The notes under the pieces: model-generated
The model's database searches: none
What the model saw: the letters and a program-made list of their open reading frames with translations, nothing else
Told to the model about the DNA's origin: nothing
Position numbers and translations under genes: made by a program
Part shown: piece after piece, positions 9,427 to 18,765 of the stretch
Layout: every line of letters starts with the position of its first letter
Position numbering within the stretch: position 1 is the first letter of the stretch
Assembly: GCA_965243205.1 (NCBI GenBank)
Contig: CBDEUK010000002.1
Coordinates: 1,824,001-1,888,000, forward strand
Length of the DNA stretch: 64,000 nt
From: Gammaproteobacteria bacterium
Lineage (GTDB): Bacteria > Pseudomonadota > Gammaproteobacteria > Eutrophobiales > Eutrophobiaceae
Direction: 5' to 3'

Positions 9427-10413
9427 ATGAAAGCAATGCTAATCAATGAATACGGTGAAAATGCAGTATTTGAACTCACTGATGTTGATAAGCCTACAGT
9501 GAGTTCAGGTCATGTACTGATTAATATCGCTGCATCTAGTGTGAATACCGTAGATACAATGATTCGTAAAATGGGTAATGAATTACCCTTATCGCCCAAG
9601 ACTCCCGCTATTTTAGGGATGGATTTTGCTGGGACTGTTGTGGAAGTCGGGAAAGGTGTTAAGGGGTTTGCCATTGGTGATGAAGTCTATGGTTGTGCCG
9701 GTGGTTTAGCCGATTTACCTGGAACATTAGCGGAATATATTGCTGCTGATAGTAAGTTGATCGCACATAAACCTAAAAACTTATCGATGCGCGAAGCAGC
9801 GGCTTTGCCTTTAGTTGCCATTACAGCTTACGAAGGTTTGCTTCGCGCGGGTGTTAAGGAAGAACAAAAGGTTTTGGTACATGGCGGTTCAGGTGGCGTT
9901 GGTCATGTCGCCTTGCAGTTGGCAAAGCATTTTGGTGCAGAAGTCTATTCCACGGGTGGTGGTGATAAACAATTAGCTTTAATCGAAAGTTTAGGTGCAA
10001 CACCGATTAACTACAAAACCGAAACAGTTGAACAGTTCGTTGCTCAACATACGAATGGAAATGGGTTTGATGTGGTGTTTGATTCCGTAGGCGGATTAAA
10101 CATGGCTAATTCATTTGAAGCCGCAGCATTGAATGGCCAGATTGCATCGACCGTTTCAATGGTTGAATTGGATTTATCCGTAGCACATTTTAAGGGTTTA
10201 TCACTACACGTTGTCTTCATGTTGATCCCAATGTTGCATAACTTTAAACGAAAAGAACACGCAGTCTTTTTACAAGAGATTGCAAAGATTGCTGAAGCTG
10301 GCGAACTAAAACCTATCCTTGATGACAATAAATACTCACTTGAACAAGCAGGACAAGCATATGAGCGATTAGAAAGTGGAAAAGCAATGGGCAAAGTTGT
10401 TATTGAAAATTAA
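9427..10413 (+). CDS. MDR-family NADPH:quinone oxidoreductase / zinc-type alcohol dehydrogenase-like protein
   Basis: SSVNTVD, LGMDFAG, GTLAEY, HGGSGGVG and GKVV motifs. Confidence 0.9.
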   Translation: MKAMLINEYGENAVFELTDVDKPTVSSGHVLINIAASSVNTVDTMIRKMGNELPLSPKTPAILGMDFAGTVVEVGKGVKGFAIGDEVYGCAGGLADLPGTLAEYIAADSKLIAHKPKNLSMREAAALPLVAITAYEGLLRAGVKEEQKVLVHGGSGGVGHVALQLAKHFGAEVYSTGGGDKQLALIESLGATPINYKTETVEQFVAQHTNGNGFDVVFDSVGGLNMANSFEAAALNGQIASTVSMVELDLSVAHFKGLSLHVVFMLIPMLHNFKRKEHAVFLQEIAKIAEAGELKPILDDNKYSLEQAGQAYERLESGKAMGKVVIEN

Positions 10414-10441
10414 AGAACAGAAGCAATAAGGAGAAAACAAT

Positions 10442-10744
10442 ATGACATATTATTCAGTATTAGCTGTTACACCGACCAGTGAAGATTGGATCCCAGACTA
10501 TATTGAACCCGCGAATAAATTAGTTGCAAAGCATGGTGGTAAATATCTTGCTCGAACAGCTAGCCATGAGACTATGGAAGGCGATGGACAAGATGCTGCA
10601 TTACGAATCATTATAGAGTGGCCTTCAAAGGAAGCAGCGGTTGCTTTCATGAATGATCCGGGTTATGTGCCGCACTTGAAAGCTCGAACCAAAGGCTCTG
10701 AGAGTCATCATTTTCTTATCGAGGGAAAAGACGACCTTGCTTAA
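10442..10744 (+). CDS. DUF1330 domain protein
   Basis: KHGGKYLAR...EG...IIEWPSKEAA...DPGY pattern. Confidence 0.85.
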   Translation: MTYYSVLAVTPTSEDWIPDYIEPANKLVAKHGGKYLARTASHETMEGDGQDAALRIIIEWPSKEAAVAFMNDPGYVPHLKARTKGSESHHFLIEGKDDLA

Positions 10745-10813
10745 TTGTTCGTGAGTTGGATAATCTTATTTGCAAGATTATCCAACATACAAATATTGTT
10801 AAAGAAAGTCGTT

Positions 10814-11353
10814 ATGAAATTTGAAGAGCTTTGGTCTAAATACAAAAGTAGTTTAAAGTCTTTTTTACATTCCAAAATTTCTAATCCTGCAGATGTTGAT
10901 GATCTGCTTCAAGAAATATTGATCAAAACACATAATAGTCTCGATGGTTTAAATAATGACGCCAGTATTAAATCATGGTTGTTCCAGATCGCTAATCGAA
11001 GCATGATAGATTTTTATCGAAAGAATAGTAGAGATGAAATTAATAAAGATTTTTTATGGTACGACGAAAGTGAGTATGATGTAAAAACAGAATTAAGTTA
11101 CTGTATCGAACCTTTTCTTAAAACATTATCAGAAGACTCTGCAAAATTATTACGTATCATAGATTTAGAAGGTCAATCACAAAAAGATACGGCGGTAAAT
11201 TTAGGTATTAGTTATTCCACCTTAAAGTCTCGCGTGCAAAAAGCTAGGATGGAACTTAAAGCGTTATTTGAAGAATGTTGCTTCTACCATACTGATAAGC
11301 AAGGTAATCTTATCGATTTCGAACAAAAAACCGAACGATGTAAAAATTGTTAA
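10814..11353 (+). CDS. sigZ: ECF RNA polymerase sigma factor, SigZ-like
   Basis: DVDDLLQE, KSWLFQIANR, SQK..A..LGISYSTLKSRVQKAR and C-terminal EECC..D..G; start set to the ATG at 10814. Confidence 0.85.
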   Translation: MKFEELWSKYKSSLKSFLHSKISNPADVDDLLQEILIKTHNSLDGLNNDASIKSWLFQIANRSMIDFYRKNSRDEINKDFLWYDESEYDVKTELSYCIEPFLKTLSEDSAKLLRIIDLEGQSQKDTAVNLGISYSTLKSRVQKARMELKALFEECCFYHTDKQGNLIDFEQKTERCKNC

Positions 11354-11369
11354 TTAATTTCATTTTTCT

Positions 11370-11397
11370 TTCGTCTTTTTAGACGTTGCTTCGTCTT
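11370..11397 (+). promoter_or_regulatory. Candidate ECF (SigZ) promoter for the GST gene
   Basis: TTCGTCTT repeated 20 bp apart (11370 and 11390); CGTC is a typical ECF -10 element. Confidence 0.45.
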
Positions 11398-11424
11398 ATA
11401 GATAAATTCTAAAAAAAAGAGGAA

Positions 11425-12129
11425 ATGAATATGATTAAAGTCGTTAGTTTTAAAATTTGTCCTTTCGTGCAACGGGTAACAGCTTTATTAGAAGCTAAAA
11501 ACTTAGCTTATGAAGTTGAATATATTAGTCTTGCTAATAAACCCGAATGGTTTTTGAAAATCTCACCGAATGCACAAGTCCCGGTATTAATTACGGAATC
11601 AGGTAAGGCCTTATTTGAGTCAGATGCTATTGTTGAATATTTAGATGAAGTGCACGAGCCTTTAGAAGAAGATATATCAGCTGAGCAACGAGCAGCTGAT
11701 CGAGCATGGAGTTATTTAGCAGCTAAAAATTATCTAGTTCAATGCAGCGCGATGCGAAGTACAACTCAAGAAATCTTTCATGAACGTTCTGATAAATTAC
11801 GACAAATGTTTGCAAAAGCAGAAACTGCTTTAGGCAATGGAACTTTTTTTAAAGGTGATGAGATAAGTAATGTTGATATTGCATGGCTTCCTGTATTACA
11901 TCGAGCCTATATCATATTGCAAACAACAGGTTATGATTTTATAAAAGGTTATCCAAACGTTCAAAGATGGCAAAAAGCAATCATCAATAGTGGTCTAGCT
12001 GAAAAATCTGTCGCAAATGATTTTGAAACGGCATTTACGAAATTTTATTTATCTGAGGAAACATTTTTAGGTTGTTGTCATGTCCATCAATGTGATTTTG
12101 ATGTTAAGTGTGCTGAAAACTGTTGTTAA
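11425..12129 (+). CDS. Glutathione S-transferase family protein with Cys-rich tail
   Basis: CPFVQR, KPEWFLKISP..QVPVL and FESDAI.EYLDE motifs; tail GCCHVHQCDFDVKCAENCC. Confidence 0.9.
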   Translation: MNMIKVVSFKICPFVQRVTALLEAKNLAYEVEYISLANKPEWFLKISPNAQVPVLITESGKALFESDAIVEYLDEVHEPLEEDISAEQRAADRAWSYLAAKNYLVQCSAMRSTTQEIFHERSDKLRQMFAKAETALGNGTFFKGDEISNVDIAWLPVLHRAYIILQTTGYDFIKGYPNVQRWQKAIINSGLAEKSVANDFETAFTKFYLSEETFLGCCHVHQCDFDVKCAENCC

Positions 12130-12184
12130 TTAGAAAATAATTCTAGACAGAATTCTTTAGCTTGATCACAATTAGGCACTGAAA

Positions 12185-12227
12185 AATAAAGATGAATTTG
12201 GATGTCATGTCATAATTCATCTTTATT
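12185..12227. repeat. 14-bp inverted repeat (terminator or operator)
   Basis: AATAAAGATGAATT-N15-AATTCATCTTTATT. Confidence 0.55.
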
Positions 12228-12264
12228 ATTATATAAAAATTATTAAAAATAAGGTGTTGTTGTA

Positions 12265-12549
12265 GTGCTTAAATTTTTTCGTTTTATAAGTGTATTAGAG
12301 GGTATTTCCTATCTAATCATCTTGAGTGTTGCATTTGAATTAATTAGTCGTGAATACGTTTATCTCTTTGGTATGGGGCATGGAGTACTTTACTTACTAT
12401 ATTTAGTGCTTTCATTGATCGTATGTAACAACGAAAAATGGTCTGTGTTGATTTGGATAGCTCTTTTAATTGCTGCAGTGATTCCATTCGCATTTATTCC
12501 TGTAGAATATTTTTTAAAGAAGCACCAATTTAAAAGCAATGTCGATTAG
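12265..12549 (+). CDS. DUF3817 small membrane protein
   Basis: FRFISVLEGISY, GMGHGVLY and AAVIPF motifs; GTG start. Confidence 0.85.
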   Translation: MLKFFRFISVLEGISYLIILSVAFELISREYVYLFGMGHGVLYLLYLVLSLIVCNNEKWSVLIWIALLIAAVIPFAFIPVEYFLKKHQFKSNVD

Positions 12550-12796
12550 GTATTCATCTAAATTCATAAATCTGAAATTATAGATAAAAGCTTAACCTTC
12601 TGGGTCAAAAATTAAATCACCCATTTTTAAGTTATTAAAATTTGGTTTTATGATTTTAGCTTCAAATTCAGTTAAAAAGATTCCGATATTATTTTGCTGA
12701 TTATCTTATTAAAATGATTCTTTTCTGCTAAAAGTTCGCATTATTAGTCTGACTCGTTAGAATATACAAATCATAAGAAACATATGGGGAGTCATC

Positions 12797-13234
12797 ATGA
12801 AAAGGGCAAGTTTTTTGTCTGCAATGTTGTTTTTCATTTTTGCTAATTCGATACAAGCACACCCTGTTGCAGAAGCCGAAGCCGAGTTTACAGGCCCAAG
12901 TGAAACCAAAGGTATTGAATCCATTAATTCGCGTGGCGTTATTGATTTGGGAACGGAATTTAATGGTATGGAAGGCAAACAAATGCGTGCACGAGAATTC
13001 ACTATTGAACCAGGAGGAGTTGTTGGTGTACACACACATAATAACCGTCCGGGTTATGCATATATATTAGAAGGAACAATTATCGAACATAGAAACGATG
13101 CTGATGGCCCTATTGTTCATGAAGCTGGTGGTCTTGCGATTGAGAAAAATGGTGTTGCTCACTGGTGGGAGAATACTTCGGATAAAAAAGTGAAAGCATT
13201 AGTCGTCGATATCTATACGCTAGAAGAAAAATAA
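12797..13234 (+). CDS. Exported cupin domain protein
   Basis: Signal peptide; PGGVVGVHTH..RPGYAYILEG...E..GVAHWWEN. Confidence 0.85.
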   Translation: MKRASFLSAMLFFIFANSIQAHPVAEAEAEFTGPSETKGIESINSRGVIDLGTEFNGMEGKQMRAREFTIEPGGVVGVHTHNNRPGYAYILEGTIIEHRNDADGPIVHEAGGLAIEKNGVAHWWENTSDKKVKALVVDIYTLEEK

Positions 13235-13235
13235 A

Positions 13236-13847
13236 TTGATGTCATTTGAATCGTTAGCGAATCAGTTAGTAGAAGCAGGTAAGGTTTTATATAACTGGGG
13301 CATGGTGCCAGCAACCAGCGGTAACTTTTCGGCTCGTATTAATGATGATGAAATTGCCATAACCGTTTCCGGTAGACATAAAGGTAAGTTACATCAAGAT
13401 GATATTATGCGTATTGATTTAGCTGGAAAATCATTAGATGGTAAAAAGTCATCTGCAGAAACTGGATTACATACACAAATCTATAATCGATTTCCAGAAA
13501 CGAAAGCGTGCTTGCATGTTCATTCATTAACATCATGTCTTATTTCAAAGAATGATGATGAAGTAACACTAGAAAATTATGAATTACTTAAGGCTTTTCC
13601 AAGTATTTCTACACATGAAGTCTCCGTAAACATACCAATATTCGATAACGATCAAAATATAGAGCGCTTAGCTAAGTTGGTAGATAAACATATACAAGAG
13701 AATATTTTATCGATACCCGTTTATTTAATCCGTGGGCATGGTGTTTATGTCTGGGGCGATTCTGTGAATCAAACATTAAATTATATCGAGGCATTAGAGT
13801 TTCTATTTAAATGCGAATTAACACAACGAGGAGTGATTAATCCATGA
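13236..13847 (+). CDS. mtnB: Methylthioribulose-1-phosphate dehydratase
   Basis: PATSGNFS, ITVSG.HKG, SAET.LH, HVHS, YELLKAF and GHGVYVWG motifs. Confidence 0.95.
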   Translation: MMSFESLANQLVEAGKVLYNWGMVPATSGNFSARINDDEIAITVSGRHKGKLHQDDIMRIDLAGKSLDGKKSSAETGLHTQIYNRFPETKACLHVHSLTSCLISKNDDEVTLENYELLKAFPSISTHEVSVNIPIFDNDQNIERLAKLVDKHIQENILSIPVYLIRGHGVYVWGDSVNQTLNYIEALEFLFKCELTQRGVINP

Positions 13848-14395
13848 CTCAATTAACGGTTTATCCAGATAATGATCCTGCAGAAAGCACAGTAATATCA
13901 GATTACGAACAAATAGCTTCGACATTAAATTCGATCGGAGTTCTATTAGAAAAATGGCAAGCAGAACAACCTTTAGAAAAAGAGGCTTCAGCCGAGGATG
14001 TGATGCAAGCGTACGATAAAGAAATTCAATTGCTCAATGATAAGTACAACTTTACAACAATTGATGTGGTTGGTTTGAATCCTGATCATCCAGACAAAGA
14101 AGCAATGCGCCAAAAGTTTTTATCAGAACATACGCATGATGATTTTGAAGTGCGTTTTTTTGTAGAAGGTAGCGGAGTTTTTTATTTGCATATTGATGGT
14201 AAAGTGTATGCGACGTTATGTGAAAAAGGTGATTTGATAAGCGTACCAGCTAATACAACACATTGGTTTGATATGGGTACATCACCATATTTCAAGTGCA
14301 TTCGTTTCTTTACAACCGATGAAGGTTGGGTCGGTAATTTTACCGGCAGTGACATTGCGCAATCCTTCCCAGACTTTGATACCTTAACTGCGTAG
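13844..14395 (+). CDS. mtnD: Acireductone dioxygenase
   Basis: KFLSEHTHDDFEVRFFVEGSG, GDLISVPA.T.HWFDMG; ATGA overlap with mtnB. Confidence 0.95.
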   Translation: MTQLTVYPDNDPAESTVISDYEQIASTLNSIGVLLEKWQAEQPLEKEASAEDVMQAYDKEIQLLNDKYNFTTIDVVGLNPDHPDKEAMRQKFLSEHTHDDFEVRFFVEGSGVFYLHIDGKVYATLCEKGDLISVPANTTHWFDMGTSPYFKCIRFFTTDEGWVGNFTGSDIAQSFPDFDTLTA

Positions 14396-14404
14396 TAAAA
14401 CAGT

Positions 14405-15082
14405 TTGATAAAAGCAATTATTACAGATATTGAAGGCACAACAACGTCTATCAGTTTTGTATTTGATGTATTGTTTCCGTACGCACGCAAACATATTTCT
14501 CAGTTTATAAAGACACATTCTAATGATCCTGAAGTTAGGGCAATATTGGATGATGTGATTGAACTTGCCTCAGTAGAGAATGATATAGATTCTATTATCC
14601 AACAGCTTATTCAGTGGATTGATGATGATAAAAAAATTACTCCTTTAAAAACCTTACAGGGCATGATTTGGAAAGCAGGTTATGAAAGTGGAGATTTTAA
14701 AGGTCATGTTTATCCAGATGTAGAGCCTAAGTTGAGTGAATGGCGTCAACAAGGCATAGAGTTATACGTCTATTCTTCTGGTTCTGTTGCGGCGCAAAAA
14801 TTAATTTTTGGCTATAGCGAGGCAGGGGATTTAACACCATTATTTTCTGGTTATTTCGATACTAAAATCGGCCAAAAGCGAGAAGCTAATTCTTATCAAA
14901 ATATACTGGATGAAATCAAACAGGATGCTGATGAAGTATTGTTCTTATCGGATATTGAACAGGAGTTAGATGCTGCTCACCAAGTGGGTTTGAAAACAAT
15001 ACAGCTCGTACGTAATGGGGGGACTGCATCAGCTTCTCATATATCACAAAAAAGCTTTTCGGAAATCCAGCTAACATCTTAA
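14405..15082 (+). CDS. mtnC: Enolase-phosphatase E1 (acireductone synthase)
   Basis: TDIEGTT, LFPYA, LKTLQG.IW, YSSGSVAAQKLIF and FLSD..ELDAA motifs. Confidence 0.95.
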   Translation: MIKAIITDIEGTTTSISFVFDVLFPYARKHISQFIKTHSNDPEVRAILDDVIELASVENDIDSIIQQLIQWIDDDKKITPLKTLQGMIWKAGYESGDFKGHVYPDVEPKLSEWRQQGIELYVYSSGSVAAQKLIFGYSEAGDLTPLFSGYFDTKIGQKREANSYQNILDEIKQDADEVLFLSDIEQELDAAHQVGLKTIQLVRNGGTASASHISQKSFSEIQLTS

Positions 15083-15136
15083 TTTTACTAGTTTTATCTA
15101 GGCTTCAATTATCAACCGATATATAGACTATACTCT

Positions 15137-15163
15137 TTAAGTTATTTCGATATTTGTCGATAG
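15137..15163 (+). promoter_or_regulatory. Candidate sigma28 (FliA) promoter
   Basis: TTAAGTTA-N11-GTCGATAG versus consensus TAAAGTTT-N11-GCCGATAA. Confidence 0.45.
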
Positions 15164-15224
15164 ATCGACTATCTATAATAACCATTGCAGATAGAATTTG
15201 TCAGTATGGAAGACGTGACAATTT

Positions 15225-17336
15225 ATGCATTACAACGACCAATACATCAACGAGCATACCGCATGGCTGAATAGCATCGGTGCTGCAACGTTTGTAATCA
15301 ACCTCGATTCAAACGTGCTATTGTGGAATCGTGCCTGCGAAACTTTATCAGGTGTTAGTTCTAGCGAAGTATTAAATACCAATAAGCATTGGATGGGGTT
15401 TTACGATCATCAAAGACCCTGTTTAGCGGATATGGTATTGGATGATGAATGGGAAGAAAAAGCCAATTTATACGATCATATTGAGTTAGCAACCAGTTCA
15501 TCACGTGGCCTAGTTGGTCGAAACTGGTGTCAGACGCCTGCTGGAAATAAATTTCTTATCTTTGAAGCAAATGCATTATTTGATGATGATGGCAATGTTG
15601 TTGGTGCTATTGAAACCTTAAGTGATGCAACCCATTTAAAAACTATGGAAGAGCGTGTTCAGGTTTTTTCCAAGGCAATTGACCATAGTAGCTCATCTAT
15701 TGTTATTACTGATTCACAAGGACGAATTCGATTTTTAAATCCTACTTTTAGTACAATTACTGGCTATCACTATAACGAAGCATTAAATAAAGATATAAGC
15801 ATGATTTGGTCAGAAAAGGAATTGGCAACAAAGAATATTTTAGAAAATTTGCATAAGAATGATGAATGGCATGGAGAGATAAAAAGTGTTCGTAAAGACG
15901 GTGAACAATTTTGGAATCGATGTACGGTTACAAATATTAAGAGTGAGGACGGTAATTCAACATATCATGTTTATGTTCAAGAAGACATAACGCATGAATA
16001 TGAAAACGCTGAAAAGCTTAATTATCTTGCTAAGCATGATCAACTGACTGGTCTTATTAATCGTAGAGAGTTTGAAGTTAGGGTTCAAGATTTACTTAAT
16101 GAAGGCGGTGAAGATGAGCATGTTATTTGTTTTATTGATCTTGATAAATTTAAAATAGTTAATGATAGTTGTGGTCATCATGTAGGTGATGAGTTGTTAA
16201 TACAGTTGGCGGATACTCTTAAAAACAAACTTGCAGGCAATGGCCTATTTGCTCGAGTTGGTGGTGATGAGTTTTCTATTTTATTAAAAAATACTGGTTA
16301 TGAAACTGCTAAGAAGATATGTTTATCTTTAGTTGCTGAAATAGAAGAATATCAATTCGTTTGGAATGGCCGGCCATTTAAAATTGGTATGAGTGTTGGT
16401 GCAGTTGTATTTAAACCTCATGATTTAGATTTGACGGAGTTGTTTAAACTTGCTGATACCGCATGTTACATGGCTAAAGAATTAGGAACTAATCGTGTTC
16501 ATTTTTACACAGAGGATGATGCAGAATTAAATAAAAGACATGAGCAAAAAAGATGGTTTACTAAAATTCAAGAAGCATTAGAAAAGGATCTTTTTCAGTT
16601 GGATGCTCAAGCCATTGTGCCGACCAAAGATAAACCTGAACGAGATGGTATTCACTATGAGATTTTAATTCGTATGCTTAATGATCAAGGTGATAGAATT
16701 CCACCAAATACATTTTTACCTGCTGCTGAACGTTATGATTTAATGCGTAGTATCGATTGTTATGTTATCGAGAAAACATTAAATTTATTAAAAGAAAATC
16801 CAAACTTTTTATCTCAGGTCCATTTCATTTCTATTAATTTATCTGGTCAATCATTAGCTGATGAGGCGGTATTAAATTTTATAACAACTCAGCTTGAAAA
16901 AACAAAAATACCATGTGAAAAAATTTGTTTTGAAATAACAGAAACTGCGGCTATCACACATCTTTCAAAAGCAATAAATTTAATTAACTCAATAAAAAAA
17001 TACGGCTGTAGTTTTGCATTAGATGATTTTGGTGCGGGTTTGTCTTCTTTTGCTTATTTAAAAAACTTACCAGTCGATTACTTAAAAATAGATGGTATGT
17101 TTGTAAGAGATATTCCTAACAATGATACTGATTTAGAATTGGTCAAATCTATCAACCAAGTAGGTCATGCGCTTGGAATGAAAACCATTGCTGAGTTTGT
17201 AGAAGATGATCAGACTATGTCTATGCTAAAAGCTATCGATGTCGACTATGCACAAGGTTATGGAATAGAAAAGCCTAGAGATTTCAAAAGCATTATCCAA
17301 GAAAGCGAAACGAACACATATTCGTTGTTTGGTTAA
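15225..17336 (+). CDS. PAS-PAS-GGDEF-EAL c-di-GMP signalling protein
   Basis: Two PAS-like segments, HDQLTGL, VGGDEF, YEILIR, EITET, DDFGAG and LKIDG. Confidence 0.93.
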   Translation: MHYNDQYINEHTAWLNSIGAATFVINLDSNVLLWNRACETLSGVSSSEVLNTNKHWMGFYDHQRPCLADMVLDDEWEEKANLYDHIELATSSSRGLVGRNWCQTPAGNKFLIFEANALFDDDGNVVGAIETLSDATHLKTMEERVQVFSKAIDHSSSSIVITDSQGRIRFLNPTFSTITGYHYNEALNKDISMIWSEKELATKNILENLHKNDEWHGEIKSVRKDGEQFWNRCTVTNIKSEDGNSTYHVYVQEDITHEYENAEKLNYLAKHDQLTGLINRREFEVRVQDLLNEGGEDEHVICFIDLDKFKIVNDSCGHHVGDELLIQLADTLKNKLAGNGLFARVGGDEFSILLKNTGYETAKKICLSLVAEIEEYQFVWNGRPFKIGMSVGAVVFKPHDLDLTELFKLADTACYMAKELGTNRVHFYTEDDAELNKRHEQKRWFTKIQEALEKDLFQLDAQAIVPTKDKPERDGIHYEILIRMLNDQGDRIPPNTFLPAAERYDLMRSIDCYVIEKTLNLLKENPNFLSQVHFISINLSGQSLADEAVLNFITTQLEKTKIPCEKICFEITETAAITHLSKAINLINSIKKYGCSFALDDFGAGLSSFAYLKNLPVDYLKIDGMFVRDIPNNDTDLELVKSINQVGHALGMKTIAEFVEDDQTMSMLKAIDVDYAQGYGIEKPRDFKSIIQESETNTYSLFG

Positions 17337-17370
17337 AGAATATCTGATTTTATTTGAAGATGGTATTTTA

Positions 17371-17399
17371 AATAAAACCGCCCGAGGGCGGTTTATTTT
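17371..17399. terminator. Bidirectional intrinsic terminator
   Basis: AAACCGCC-CGAG-GGCGGTTT with A/T tails on both sides. Confidence 0.75.
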
Positions 17400-17452
17400 C
17401 TAGAGGAGGGGTCAAGATCACAAGGCAATTCGTTATAAATTCCAATAGGCAT
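17393..17452 (-). CDS. Candidate 19-aa small protein MPIGIYNELPCDLDPSSRK
   Basis: GGAG 8 nt before the ATG; stop codon runs into the terminator; TTTACA-N16-TACAAT upstream at 17648-17621. Confidence 0.4.
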   Translation of the reverse strand: MPIGIYNELPCDLDPSSRK

Positions 17453-17735
17453 GTATAAAACTCCAATGGTTTTGATGTTTTACTGAGGTTATTTATTGAG
17501 TAAATAATCCGAGATTAGCTAGTTAAGCCATTGTTTATTAATACTTATATGGATTATCTAGAAAATGGAATTTATGGATAAGCGTTTTCTGACAAACACC
17601 AACTTATCGCAATGCAACATATTGTACAGAATTTAATCGGTTTGTAAATTATGTTTTTATTACGGATTTTTTTGATTCAAGATCAGTAGAGGTGTTTGCA
17701 TAAATAACAACCGTTAGATCTTTTATATTATTAAG

Positions 17736-18638
17736 CTACTCTTTTTCTATTCCACCAAATTCTTGGAGTAATTCATTAATAAATTGGTTGAGTTGCAATG
17801 ACATAATTACAAAATCTTGATCGAATTGTGTTGCTCTATCATCATAATCACTCTCAGCTTGTTCTTGGATAATTTCTTCAAAACGTAAACGTTTGATTGA
17901 AAAATCATCGGCTAATACAAACCGAATGGCTTCGCGCCAGATAATGGCTAGTTGAATAACTCGTTTACCGGCTTTGATATGATTTAATACTTCGTTGCTT
18001 TCGAGTTCTTGGTTTTTACAACGTACAATGTTTTTACTTTCGCGTGGGTTTTGCAGTTCACAATCTCCATCTACATCAAAACCATTTGGAGTGTGATCTT
18101 CTAACCAACGAGTCATGATGTTGGCTGCATCACCATGACACTTTAAAGGAACGACAGGTAACTTACCTAAGGTAGCGCGTAAATGTTCTAGAAATTCTTC
18201 TGCTTTAGTATTACTGGATGTATCGATGATTAAAAAATTATCTTTGCGATCAAAATAAGCAAAGGTTAAAAAGGAACGCGTTAAAGCTTGAGGCAACAAA
18301 CTATGAGTGACATCTTCTTTGAATTGACGTTTTTCGCGGCGATAAACTTCTCGAGATTGAGCGGCCTCAAATTCAAGAATTTTTTCTTCGACTTTTTCAT
18401 TAATAGCCGCGGCAGGTAAGATCTTTTCCTGTTTACGTGCACAGAAGATAGTGAATGCTCCTGTCGTATGCGTCAGCATTTCACTGTTCTTTCCCATAGG
18501 CGGAACCCAACCATAAGTTGAGAAGTCCATTTTGCCACAGGCTTGAAAAGCCATTTCTTGTAGAGCAGATTCTAAAGTTTCCGCAGATAAATCAATATCG
18601 TCAGTAATACGATATATTCGAAGGTTCTTAAACCACAT
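17736..18638 (-). CDS. rdgC: Recombination-associated protein RdgC
   Basis: MWFKNLRIYR, GWVPP, EKILP, LR.TLG.LPV and F.L.DDFSIKRLRF motifs. Confidence 0.95.
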   Translation of the reverse strand: MWFKNLRIYRITDDIDLSAETLESALQEMAFQACGKMDFSTYGWVPPMGKNSEMLTHTTGAFTIFCARKQEKILPAAAINEKVEEKILEFEAAQSREVYRREKRQFKEDVTHSLLPQALTRSFLTFAYFDRKDNFLIIDTSSNTKAEEFLEHLRATLGKLPVVPLKCHGDAANIMTRWLEDHTPNGFDVDGDCELQNPRESKNIVRCKNQELESNEVLNHIKAGKRVIQLAIIWREAIRFVLADDFSIKRLRFEEIIQEQAESDYDDRATQFDQDFVIMSLQLNQFINELLQEFGGIEKE

Positions 18639-18714
18639 AGAGTTAATGCTGCCTTAAAAAAGTGAAGGATTATCTCGTAGAGAGACTTCTTGAAGCAAGT
18701 CGAATTATGTGCAT

Positions 18715-18739
18715 AAAAAAAGCCGCCCACAGGCGGCTT
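18715..18739 (-). terminator. Intrinsic terminator of folD
   Basis: Minus strand: AAGCCGCC-TGTG-GGCGGCTTTTTTT. Confidence 0.8.
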
Positions 18740-18765
18740 GTAATCTTAATAAATATTTTGTTGAT

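Noticed and set aside
17604-17620. Shared TGTYGCRTTGCRATA motif (also at about 51497-51512), PhaR-like
   Set aside because: Only two degenerate copies and no supporting PHA genes in the window; too weak to claim.
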